Made by a program: the position numbers and the translations under genes. A stretch of 64,000 nucleotides of DNA. It comes from Selaginella moellendorffii (taxonomy: Eukaryota; Plantae; Lycopodiophyta). The stretch covers positions 3,285,407 to 3,349,406 of the forward strand of contig NW_003314267.1 in NCBI RefSeq assembly GCF_000143415.4, in the 5' to 3' direction. Of the stretch, positions 48,901-60,101 are shown piece by piece (position 1 is the stretch's first letter; every line of letters starts with the position of its first letter). Below the pieces are notes generated by a model. That model was not told the origin of the DNA. It saw only the letters and a program-made list of their open reading frames with translations, and searched no databases.

Positions 48901-49941
48901 TGTGACCAAAGAAGGCTTGAGATGGACCCAAGATGGAGTTTGAGATGGACCTGAGATGGAGTTCGAAATGAACCTGAGATGGAGTCCGAGATGGAGTCTG
49001 AGGTCGAGTCCGAGATGGACACAAGATAGAGTCTAAGGTTAAGGCTGAGAAAAAGACCGAAACTGAGACCAAGACTAAAACTAAGTCTGAGTCCAAGTCC
49101 GAGTCTGAGTTTGAGGCTGAAAGCCTAAAGCGTTCATCTCCCAGACCCTAGGGGGTTTGGTGAGCTCCAAAAGTATAGTAGAGAGAGGATTCTAGTGGAG
49201 CTAGTTTAGCCAAGAAAGGCCAGTGTGACCAAGGAAGGCTATACCCACGTGTTGGGTGATGATATATCCACTAAGGAGTCCAAGACTAGAGTGAATATGG
49301 ATAGACAAGTGGGGTAACTTAATGAAATGTTCAAAAGTTAGCTTTAGCTCCCCTAAGAGATTAAATGATTGATGCTTCCAATCCAAATGTGGATGGTACT
49401 ACCTACTTGGATACCTTGTGTGGCTCATCAGAACCTTGCTCTAGCCAATTGGTTAAGGCACATAAGGGTGGAAGGTGGGGAGAGTACCCACAAGGCTCAC
49501 ATATGGCTACAGTGTTTTGAAATGTTGTCCTAAAGTCCTAGGTTGTGGAAAGGAAGAAGAGTAATCCTTTGGTATAGTGACCAAGGATATGGTCACATGG
49601 TGAGGAAATACTAAAGGTTAGTAAGACTTAGTGGTTGGGCCTTTGGGCCGGCAGTATTGGCAAGCATACATATGGATGGAGGGGAACTTGGTGGGAATGG
49701 AAGAAGGGATAATATGGAAGAGTGTTCCCTATATTTCTAGGCATCGTAAAGGTGTTAAAGTGTGGTCAATAAATGACCACTCATGTATAGAGGGCCTAGT
49801 TTTTGAGAGACAGGACTATGGTGCAAGTGGTGTTAGACCACCGGTGTGACAAAGGTGAATAAACATGGCCTTAGTATAATGAGTTAATATGTCGGTAGTA
49901 CCTTTGTGTGTCGGTCAAGGGATTATACACATGGAGCACTT

Positions 49942-50612
49942 TGTAGCGCATGTGATTATGGGATGAGATTTGGATATACTGTCACCGTGGATCCTTGGAA
50001 CCTTGGGGGATAAATAGGGATAAAATAGCCACTAAGGGCTCTCTCATCAAGCAATTACCCCTTTTCTAGTTAGCTTAAAGGGAGAGAGATAAGGTGCGCT
50101 ACAGTTGGTATCGGAGCAAATGGCACGGGTTCGATTCCCATTGATTAGTGGCTACTTAAAAGTATAATATACCCTTGAGTAAGGTATATTCCTACCCCTA
50201 AAATTTGAAATCGTACGTATTGGGCATCCATACGTACGTCCTTCCTCTTGTGTGGAGTATCCACGGACAAAGGTATCCACTGTGGGACTGCAGTACGGGT
50301 GGACTAGTTGTCTCACAGGAATAGCTGGTCTACACAATGGAAGGATTGGTAGATTGAGTGCGGAAATGGAGGTGCTAGTTCCCCTTGGCTCAGTAGGGGT
50401 TGTTAGTCAATAGTCAATGAGGACATTGACATCTCTAAAGGGGGAATGAGTGTAGCGCATGTGATCATGGGATGAGATTTGGATATACTGTCACCGTGGA
50501 TCCTTGGAACTTTAGGGGATAAATGGGGATAAAATAGCCACTAAGGGGTTTCTCATTAAGCAATTGCCCTTTTTCTAGTTGGGTTAAGGAGAAAGAGATA
50601 AGGTGCACTACA
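49942..50612 (+). mobile_element. TRIM (non-autonomous miniature LTR retrotransposon)
   Basis: 162 bp LTRs at 49942-50103 and 50451-50612; PBS TGGTATCGGAGC at 50106-50117; PPT AAAGGGGGAATGAG; 4 bp TSD ACTT within the family A LTR. Confidence 0.93.
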
Positions 50613-50909
50613 ACTTGGACCAAGTGCAAAGGCTGAGTGGCATATATGCCATTCATGGAGTTAACAAGTCCCCAAATCCGAAATAAAACTTATGGAGGTT
50701 GTGAGTGAAACCAAGGTATGGTTAAATGACTAAAGTATAATGGAAAATTTAGTCACTTACACAAGAGTAAAGCTGGGTGTGAAGTTGAGAAAGAAGCAAC
50801 AACAGGCAGCTTGGGTATGAAGTTGAGAAAGAAGCAACAACCAAGCAACACTTAGTACCATGCACCTATTGCCATGTGGACCAGTCCCAACTTAGACTAT
50901 TCACTCATC

Positions 50910-52126
50910 TGTAAGCCACAAATTTTTCCTTTCCAATTTGCCAGCTTACCTCATCTATCCGACCAACACTGCCTTAGCTTTAGCTAAGTTCCCTTGCCAA
51001 GGTTTTCACCTATGGTACCAACTCCTACTTGGTCTTACTTGGTATCAGCTACTCACTACACGAGCAATAGAGCGTTAGCCATCCATCCACGGATTCCCAA
51101 ATCTCTCCCAATCCCCCTCCCCGGGTTAGACTGGACTTAAAGGTCGGCTACACTCCCCACAAGCACAAACAGCCAAGCACACCAAGCCTCTAAGTTCCTA
51201 ACAACCCCTGGGTCCCCAAAAATTTGTTTAGGGGCCCCTTAAAATCCAAATTTTGGGGGGAAACCTTTTTTTGGGGGGGCGGGGGAAAAACCCCGGGGCC
51301 AAAAAACCGGGGGGGGGGCCTTTGGGGGCCCCCCCCCCCCCCCCCCCCCACCTTCCATCCCGAAGGGAAGGCCCAAGCCCCTAGGAAGGGCGAGGACCAA
51401 TGAGCCGCAAGGTACTCAAGTGGGGCACCATTCCATATGAGCCGGGAGCACCGAAATCGATTTCCCTTTTAGAAGTGGGAGTTGCTCTTGAGCACTTTCT
51501 TGGGTGGCCCCTCCGACACCACCCGAGTCCATACTCACTCCCACCCAAGGCCCCTCAGCCCCAATCTCAACTTTAAGTCAGTTTGGAATCACCACTAGAG
51601 AGTTCCTTCAAAACTAATTCCTAGACCTCACTATCCCTACTATACTTTTGAAACCTCCTACAGCCGCCCCCCTCCCCCTCCTCCCCTCCTTGGGAGACGC
51701 ATGCTTTGGGCTTTCACCCCTTGACCTGTATTAGTACTTAGACTCGGTCTTAGACTCATTCTCGGACTCGATCTCGAACCCAACTTCGGACTCAGTCTTG
51801 AACTCGATCTCGAACTCGATCTCAAACCCAATCTCGGACTCGATCTCAGACCCGATCTTGGACTCGATCTCGGACTCGATCTCAGACCCGATCTCGGACT
51901 CTATTTCAGACCCGATCTCAGACTTGATCTCAGACCCGATCTCGGACTTAATTTCAGACTCAATCTCGGACCCAATCTCAGATTTCGGACTCTATCTCAA
52001 ACTCAGTCTCGAGTTGGTCTTAGACTCAATCTTAGACTCGATCCCATCCGATGAACTCTTTGTCATTTTGGTTATGCTTTTGGGGATCTTTTAGCCTACG
52101 ACACCTCAGGGAGTTGATTCCTTACA
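50910..52126 (-). mobile_element. Family B solo LTR
   Basis: Reverse complement of 3968-5313. TSD TCATC/CCACC, each one transition away from the empty-site CCATC in the right arm (~55744-55748). Confidence 0.88.
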
Positions 52127-52447
52127 CCACCCTCACAAACTAATTGACAAATTCGAACATAAAGCATTCCTTAGTAAATTGTGATTCTAAAATATTTTTG
52201 TTAGAGCCATAAGGGAACCTTGGGTGCTATCAACTACATGTTTGCAAACCAAGTCTAAGAGAAAGTGGAATATAATTAAATCTTTGGAAAAAGTTAAAAG
52301 AGTGGAGGTCCTTGACCATATGGCCCGCTTCTTGTAAAGCTCTTGGAAGATACTTTTTTCATTAACAATAGAAACCAACTCTTATAATTCAGCCAAGTAC
52401 AAATGACTTAGTAAAACAAACTATATAATATTAAAAGAACAATGGTA

Positions 52448-52550
52448 TACCTTTTTATTTGTTAGAATTTATATTAGAATCTAGTCTTATTGATAGAGGC
52501 TCTATCAATAAGACTAGATTCTAATATAAATTCTAACAAATAAAAAGGTA
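52448..52550. repeat. Perfect 51 bp + 1 nt + 51 bp palindrome
   Basis: 52448-52498 is the exact reverse complement of 52500-52550. Confidence 0.97.
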
Positions 52551-52848
52551 GTTGGGTTTTCTTTCATAATTTCTTGGAGGTGCAAATACTAAGTATTGGG
52601 ATAAATACTTAATATAAACTACTTAGTATACCCAACTAAGTCTATAGAATATAAATGCTAAATGTCTGCTTTTTTAATAAAAGATTTTTATAAATACATT
52701 AATTAATTCAACAGTTAGAGATATAATTTGTTAATTGATTCGATAAGTTTAGAATCTTTAGTTCTTAAAATACTACTCAGTAAAAAAAATTTACTTTCTA
52801 TTAAGAGATATTTAAAGTACCAATAATATGACTTAAAATTTGAATATT

Positions 52849-53578
52849 TTATATTTTTTATACATTTAATATGATTAGCAGTATTACTTTCCCACCAAAA
52901 TTTATTTGGCCTTTTTATTTCATAGGAAACAAGATTACAATCATTTTCTAAAGTTAAAATTGTTATAGAGAAATATTTAATACAAAATTTATTAATAGGC
53001 CACATAATATTATTTTTCTCAGAATGTAATACAATATTACCATCTATTTGAAGACTAAGGATACAAATTCCAAAATAATTATATTTACTTCCTATTTTCC
53101 TTAATAAATAATTTCCAGAATATAAAGAAATTTTACACTTTTAGTCAACCAATAATATGTTTATATCATTTGGAGATGTTATAATTTGATTAGTTTAAAG
53201 CAAATGATGTTTAAACCCAGTTTTTAAAGATGTTTTACTAATATCACAATTCTTGCTATGTAATAAATAATCTTTATATGTTCTATTATATGTATTATAA
53301 TGATACTTTTTGTAAAAAATACTATATTCAATTTGATAATAATTAGAATTTATTTTTATTTCATCAGAACGTGATTCATAAAAAGTTTTTCAGTATGTTT
53401 TAATCAAATGCCTAAATGTAGCCCTTAGTGTATGACCTTTGATTCTTCTTATATCATTTAAAAATGTACTTGATTCACAATAAGGTTGATTACCTTGCAT
53501 TCTGTTGAAAGTGACAAGTTTTACCTTAGTCAACCACAAATAAATCATTATAGTTTACTGGATAAGTTGTATCTTTTT
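52849..53578 (-). pseudogene. 5'-truncated pseudogene copy of the lectin gene at 54167-55102
   Basis: ORF 52715-53005 (WPINKFCIK...LTLENDCNLVSY...WWESNTANHIKCIK) matches the lectin C-terminus. The promoter and first ~65 codons are deleted, and there are stops and indels. Confidence 0.88.
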
Positions 53579-54053
53579 ATATCTGCTTTTCTTTTTTGGG
53601 TGTAAGATAGGATCTAGAGGGATATAAAAGACACATCAATGAATATGCAAGATGTGCAAGTACTGTGTCTAAATCCTTTTATATAGAATTCTTTAACTAT
53701 TCTTTAACTGTTGCACATGCATAATGGGGTTTCTATGTAAAATTTAACATTTGGATTAAGATCGTTCTAATCTTTAGATGCTACTAGAGGCTTATTTGGA
53801 TTAAGATGGTTCTAATTTTTAAATGCTACTAGCATGTAGAGGTTTATTTTGCGGTGTTTGCCATGACACTTAAGTATATCCTTTAGATAGAAATTATGCA
53901 ACTTACACATCTTGCATATTTATTGATGTGTCTTTTATATTCCTCTAGATCTTATCTTCAACCCTTCAAGAAAAGCAGATGATATAATAGTATAAAAAGA
54001 TTTAAAATGATTTATTTAATCATTGGATTAAAATTAATCTGACCACTTGCTTT

Positions 54054-54063
54054 TGTATATAAG
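54054..54063 (+). promoter_or_regulatory. Candidate TATA box of the lectin gene
   Basis: TATATAAG ~110 bp upstream of the ATG at 54167. The AT-rich context lowers specificity. Confidence 0.4.
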
Positions 54064-54166
54064 AGAGGGATTTAGGCTAATAAAAGTAGGCAAAGTTTTA
54101 CTATTATAACTGAAGAAAAATACACGAATTTAATTTAAAATAAAATAGAGGTATCATTAATCTATA

Positions 54167-55102
54167 ATGTGTAATTTTGAGATTATTCTAAAAAGGAAAA
54201 AAATAACCAACTTATTACTAATAGTATTTTATTTTTCTATAGTTTATGCAGTAAAAAATAAACATATAGTTTATTGGGGAGAAAATAATTCTTTGTCAAC
54301 ACAAGAAATGGGAATGATTATTAGTGATGGATTTGAAAATTTATTAACTAATATTCGTACAATAAACACAACTTATCCAGTAACCTATAGTGATTTATTT
54401 GTGGTTGACTTAGGTAAAACAGGTTCTGCTGTTGTCACTTTCAACAGAATGGAAGCTAATGAACTTTATTGTGAATCAAGTCCAGTTTCAAATGATATGA
54501 ACAGAATCAAAGGTAATACACTAAGAGCTACATTTAGAAATTTGATTAATACATACAGAAATACTTTTTCTGAAGCACTTTCTGATGGATGTCAAATAAA
54601 TTCTAAGTCTTATCAAATTGAATATGGTATTGTTTACAAAAATTCTCATTATAACACATATAATAGAACATATAGAGATTATTTATTACATAGCAAGAAT
54701 TGTGATATTAGTAAAACATCTCTAAAAATTGGGTTTAAACATAATTTTCTCTATACTAATCAATTTATAACATCTCCAAATGGTATAAACATATTATTTG
54801 TTGAGTCAAATTGTAAAATTTCTTTATATTCTGGAAAGTTTTTATTATGGAGAAGAGGAAGTAAATATAATTATTTTGGAATTTGTGTCCTTACTCTTCA
54901 AGTAGATGGTAATATTGTATTATATTCTGAGAAAAATAATATTATGTGGTCTATTAATAAATTTTGTATTAAATGTTTATCTATAACAATTTTAACTTTA
55001 CAAAATGATTGTAATCTTATTTCCTATGAAGTAAAAAGACCAAATAAAATTTGGTGGGAAAGTAATACTGCTAATCATATTAAATGTATAAAAAAAATAT
55101 AA
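54167..55102 (+). CDS. Secreted protein: signal peptide, ~150 aa N-terminal domain (possibly Gnk2/DUF26-like), and C-terminal bulb-type (GNA) mannose-binding lectin domain
   Basis: 311-codon open frame in very AT-rich DNA. Signal peptide KRKKITNLLLIVFYFSIVYA. Lectin motifs LTLQVDGNIVLY and LTLQNDCNLISY (QxDxNxVxY), plus IMWS and WESNT. Confidence 0.88.
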   Translation: MCNFEIILKRKKITNLLLIVFYFSIVYAVKNKHIVYWGENNSLSTQEMGMIISDGFENLLTNIRTINTTYPVTYSDLFVVDLGKTGSAVVTFNRMEANELYCESSPVSNDMNRIKGNTLRATFRNLINTYRNTFSEALSDGCQINSKSYQIEYGIVYKNSHYNTYNRTYRDYLLHSKNCDISKTSLKIGFKHNFLYTNQFITSPNGINILFVESNCKISLYSGKFLLWRRGSKYNYFGICVLTLQVDGNIVLYSEKNNIMWSINKFCIKCLSITILTLQNDCNLISYEVKRPNKIWWESNTANHIKCIKKI

Positions 55103-57321
55103 AATACTCAAATTTGTAGCCATATTATTGGTAATTTAAATATTTCTCAATAGCAAGTAAAATTTTCTAATGAGTATTACTTTCAGAACTAAGCATTCTA
55201 AGATTATCCAATCAATTACCAAGTTAGTTCTCTAACTGTTGAATTAATGAATGTCTTTATAAAAAATTTATTGAAAAATAAGTTTTTATATTCAATAGAC
55301 TTAGTTGGATATATTAGATAATTTATATTAATTATTGATCTCAATACTTAGTATTTGCACCTCCAAGAAATTGTGAAGGCAAACCCAACTAACTCTATCA
55401 ATAAGACTAGATTGTAATGTAAATTGTAACAATATAAAAGTATTTATCATTTTTTTAATTTTATTTTTAATAGTTGGTTTTACTAAGCCATTTGAACTTA
55501 ATTACATATGGCTGAATTCTAAGAGTTGGTTTCTATTGTTAATGAAAAAAGTGTCTTCAAAAGGGCTTTGCAAGAAGTGGGCCATCCACACTTTTAACTT
55601 CTTCCAAGGATTTAATTGTATTCCACTTTCTCTTACACTTAGTTTGCAAACATGTCCAAGTTTCCTTTATGGAAAAACACTCTTTTAGAATAAAAATTTC
55701 CTAGAGAATGCCTTATGTTCAAGTTTGTTAGTTAGTTTGTAAAGATGGGTGAATCTGTCCAAGCTGGGACTGGTCCATATGGCATACCCAGCTCTACTCC
55801 TGGCCTATCAAAACCTCACTCCCATTAGGAATGTTGCTGCTCAACTTGCAATGCATTAGAAATGCCTCATGCTATAGCAAATGTCAATTCTCAATTGTTC
55901 CAACCCAACTGTTCCAAATGCTCTCTCTTCTGCTTAATCACCACCAACCTAACCGACTTGCACTCTAAGTGACTCCTAATAACTTCTAGCACTTAGGATC
56001 ATTATGTTTTGACAGCAAGCCTCATTGAAATTCCCTCCAACACCACTAGAAGATGCCAACCAAGCTCCTCTCTCACTCAAATTGATACGAAAACTCCAGA
56101 ACACTCTCTCTTGAACACCGTGTTTCCACTGCAATCACGAGCCCCTCATAGATTCCTCACTAGGAGTGAGAAAGAAGCTCAGTTGGCATCTATTTGGCGG
56201 GCTCTTGGACTCCTCCTCTTGTGCATCATGTCAAACTTGAAAGCACACTTGCATAAATATTATAAGCTCAAGAACACCACAATGCTATACTAGTTACAAG
56301 CTATTATAAAGATTCCTTGTAAAAAAGAGACCTATCTATGTTTGGATTCTTCATGTTTTGCCACTCTTTACCCCTATCCTATAAATTAATGTTATGGTTT
56401 CTACATCCAACTGTAGTCCTTTTAAGGCAAGGTTCCATGCTCCACCCATCTGGCCCCCCTCCAAAAAAAATTTCTCCCCTCCCCGCCCCCCCATTTTTAA
56501 TGGTTACATGTAATTGGCTATTAGCTTCTTCTTTTCCACATCATAATGGATTAGAGTGCCATTTTTGTTTACCCTAAATTGAGTACACAGCATGCCACAA
56601 CTCGGCAATTCTTCCTTCGCAATCATTTTCCATGCTATGGGAATTGTGATAACTTAAATTTAGTAGAGTTATTCTTTCTGGAGGAGGACATGATCTTAAT
56701 TCCAGTTTCAAGAAAGCTTATATTCATTCGAATGATGAAAGAAGCAATTGTTATAGTGCTTTTCATACCATGTCTTGCTACAACTTCATTTGTTGTTCAT
56801 TTGTTAAACCTTCAATCCTTTTTGCTTAACTTCTAGAAACATTTGTTGTGTTGTCCTTATTGTCATCATGGACCATTTATTCTGCCACATTATTGCCATA
56901 TCACATTGCTATGTTATTGCCACATGGATCAAACCTCAACTAGTTGTATACTGCTCAGGCTAGAGCCCATCATTTTAGAGACAAAGTCACTCCTAACAAT
57001 AAAAAGTGAGAGTCACTTTAAATCTAGAGCTAAGAAATTTCTTCTTGCTACAATGCTATTTTACAACCTGAATCTAGATCAACAATTATTATCTTATGAA
57101 GTTATGGTTGGAGATATCAAGAGCAGCTATTGAGGAGCAAGGAAGAAGAAAGAAAAAACTTCATCAACATTTAGTTGTATGAAAAAGTTGTTAAGGCATC
57201 TCTCAACCCTAACTGAGGCTCACACATGCAACTTCATTTGGGAAAGGAATTTCTTCCATCAACCGCAGGTTAAGGTCAAGTTGACCACTGCGAAGGATAT
57301 TTGGAGCACCAAAGTTTAGTT

Positions 57322-58320
57322 TCTAATGAAAAGTGAAACAGTGTGATGGTGCTCAAGATCCGTCATGGCATATATGGAATGGGTGAACCAGTGAAGACTC
57401 GTGTCTCTCCACGTGGACTAGCCACGTGGCACACGGCCACTCTCAACACTAATTCCTCTCACAGCAAGCGGTTGAGCATTGCCAACGATGGAGGAAGTGT
57501 GACGAGTGGCAGCTCTGCCTCTTCTTCATCCTCTATGTTTGCTCCCACATCCTTAAGATCATCTAGAATTGTTCGCTCAGCAGCAAGATGATCCTTGAGG
57601 TCGTCCCCTTCAGCTATCACCATGCTTCTGTGGAAAAATGCGATGGGATGTTGAAGGGATCTGGTAAGTCTGCTTCATGGCCTCCCACGCTTCATTTGCA
57701 CTCTTGCACCGTCTAATGCAATGGAATTCTCGCCCCTCAGCACTGTGTGAAATTTGCCCAAAGCTCTCTAGTCCTTGTGGTAATATCTGGAAGTGTTTCC
57801 GTTCCTGTGGTGATGTCCCAGAGGCCTCGTTAGGATTCGAATTTTGTCTTCCAGAAGCGCCAGTTCCTCCCATCAAATTTTGGTGGATTTGCGTCTACTG
57901 AAACAATATCCGCTGTAGGCACAGTCAGATTTGAGATGGGAGGGGAAATAGGTGGTGGATTTGGAGGCGGATTTGTAGGAACAGTGGCTGCCATCGACAC
58001 CCAATCCCACCACTCGTTCAAGTCTAGGTCCAGGTTCTTAGTCGTCCAGTGCCTCTTGCAAGGGCTGGAGTATTGGATTAGGGCACGCCTCTGTCTACGT
58101 AGACGGAGGCTATGATTCACCCTAGCAAGTGTCGCCCTGATCCCATGGTTTTGAATTCTTCTCGCTCTCCCAGGCATTGCTCTGATACCATCTAATGAAA
58201 GGTGAAACCGTGTGATGGTCCGTCATAGCATATATGGAATGGAAATGTACATATGTGTGACACGGTGAACCGGTGAAGCCTCGTGTCTCTCCGCGTGGAC
58301 TAGCCACGTGGCACAGGGCC
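57322..58320 (-). mobile_element. ~1 kb non-autonomous Ty1/Copia derivative (N-terminal gag only) with TG...GA LTR ends
   Basis: LTRs at 57322-57448 and 58191-~58320; PBS TGGTATCAGAGC at 58179-58190; PPT GTGAGAGGAATTAG; gag PPKFDGRNWRFWK...GLWDI...SANEAWEAMKQTY. TSD (T/C)AGTT; empty site at ~34000 in the left arm. Confidence 0.85.
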
Positions 58321-59183
58321 AGTTCCTCCCACATATATATGCTAACTCCAGTGATCTGAGCTTGGATAATCTCCACTAAAGGCTTTCCTACATCGGGAGC
58401 ACTGAAAACCCCAAGGACCAATCCATCTGCTTCCCTGACATGGAGCAATCCAGTGTTTGCTTTCTGTCACACAGTAGGACGTCATAGTTTGCATCATGAA
58501 GACACCGAACTGCAGTGGAAAAATATCGGCATAAACAAGAATGTTTTGACTAGTTTACCTTGCCAGTGAGACGTGGTTCCACAGGCACAACTGTCCAGTT
58601 TAGCGTTTTCATGTCAAAGAGGAACGTTTCTTGTTTGCCTGACACAAAAACCAGTGAATAGAGCCACAGATAGAAAGAATCTACACACCGCCTACGAAGT
58701 GGCATTCATCTCCAACCACAGCATTTCCAAAACATGCCCCCGATGCAAGCATATGAGAACACGGGGACCAGTGCCACTGCAAGAGTTCTACACACGTTAA
58801 TTCTCCTCTTCCTAAGCTAAGCATGACTTACGTCTTTAGGAACGACCAGCAGCTCTTACAATCTAGAGTCCACAACAGCTGCTTCATGCTGCAAGATTGC
58901 TCTTTATAATGTGAACAACAAAAAGCAGAAATCCTTAGCACATCAATGCCACAGAACTTCAATTTAGGGCAGATCTTTTTGAGCTCTGCAATTCTCGGGC
59001 ATGGGCTGTTGTGTTATTCGGGAGGCTGTCATTCACAACGTTGAAACTCTTGGAATATCCAGAAAGCACTTATATGCTTTAGATGCCCATGATGGGTATA
59101 TGCCGCAAGAATGAGACCACGATTCTTTCGGGAATGGAACACAGGAACCAACTTTAACACGGTGATGAAAACCCTAGAAGGGA

Positions 59184-60101
59184 ATGACACAAGAGGGTAC
59201 TGAGATCGTGCGCTTGGGAGCGGGGAGCTTTGCCACAGTTTACGTATGAACAACCTGGCGATCAAGTGCTTGGCAGATGCCAGCCGCTTTTCCGAGCTGC
59301 TTGATGAGTTTGAGAATCACCAAAAGATAAGTAAGGCGTGCCAGGGCGCAGAGAATCTCCTCTTTCTGGTGCCCAAGCCTGTCGAATTCTTCCCTTCTCT
59401 CGCATCACTGGTGGAGCGCCTGCGAATGGATTCGTTGCTACTGCCAACTATACCCGCCGCGTACACAATGCAGCGTGTCTGGCCCGTCCCCCGGATTTCA
59501 TCAGGGCCAAGTTCTTCCCTGCACTCCACTCTAGCTACTCCAAGTCCTTCGTCGTGTGGATCTACTTGGGTGCGAAATGCCCACGCCTGGCGTCTCAATT
59601 CTTCAATGCCAATAACTTCCCGCTGGATGCCAATCGTTGCAAGGAGCTGGCTGCTGATCGAATCGCTGGCCCAAGAAATGGGTAGGATCCACCACCTCAC
59701 AGGTGTTTTCAGCTTTGTACTGTTTCATTCATGCGTTACTTTTGCACTTCTTTAATCCAGGACTGGATGGTTGCGACATCGAGTTTGTCGTGGGTGGTGA
59801 CGAGCTGAGGACCTTCTCCGACCCTAGCTTTGCCTGCTTCGATTTCAACCAGTGCAAGCCTCACAACAACAATGTGAACACACTCATCGACAGCTTCTTT
59901 GTCAATGATCCTTACTATCCCCGTCCTGGCATGGAGTTTTGGGACGAGTTCAAGGACGCGTACCTGCTGGAGGCCGACTGGACAGAGTCTGTGCGGCTGG
60001 CAAGGATGTTCTTGGACGTGGTTGAAGCCAAGGTGGCAGCCAAGGCCGCCCAAGAAGCTCCAGAAGGCAGGGGTAATGAGATGGCTCTCTTGGAGAGCTG
60101 A
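59184..60101 (+). pseudogene. DUF3669-family protein-kinase-like gene with three frameshifts and one 58 nt intron (59703-59760)
   Basis: MTQEGTEIVRLGAGSFATVY (Gly-rich loop), frameshift, then MNNLAIK..DEFENH, IYLG...NNFPLD, GLDGCDIEFVVGG, FDFNQC and FFVNDPYYPRP. The GT...CCAG intron restores the frame. Confidence 0.82.

Larger units (their letters stand above)
34966..50761 (+). mobile_element. Family A copy 4 (outer, old): 5' LTR 34966-35038 + 43163-44635, internal 44636-48282, 3' LTR 48283-50761
   Basis: Perfect TSD CAAGA (34961-34965 / 50762-50766); PBS at 44639; PPT GTGGTGGAG before 48283. The empty site is visible in the right arm at ~55795-55810. Confidence 0.92.
30930..53661 (-). repeat. 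Left arm of a large inverted duplication, expanded by TE insertions
   Basis: Reverse-complement homology blocks: 30930-31140 with 61200-61397; 32270-34965 with 55800-60450; 50762-50909 plus 52127-53578 with 54361-55800; 53581-53661 with 53900-53980. Confidence 0.9.

Noticed and set aside
51210-51350. Poly-G/poly-C run region (G-quadruplex-like)
   Set aside because: It is a homopolymer-smeared version of family B LTR sequence next to a poly-C tract, typical of low-quality reads.
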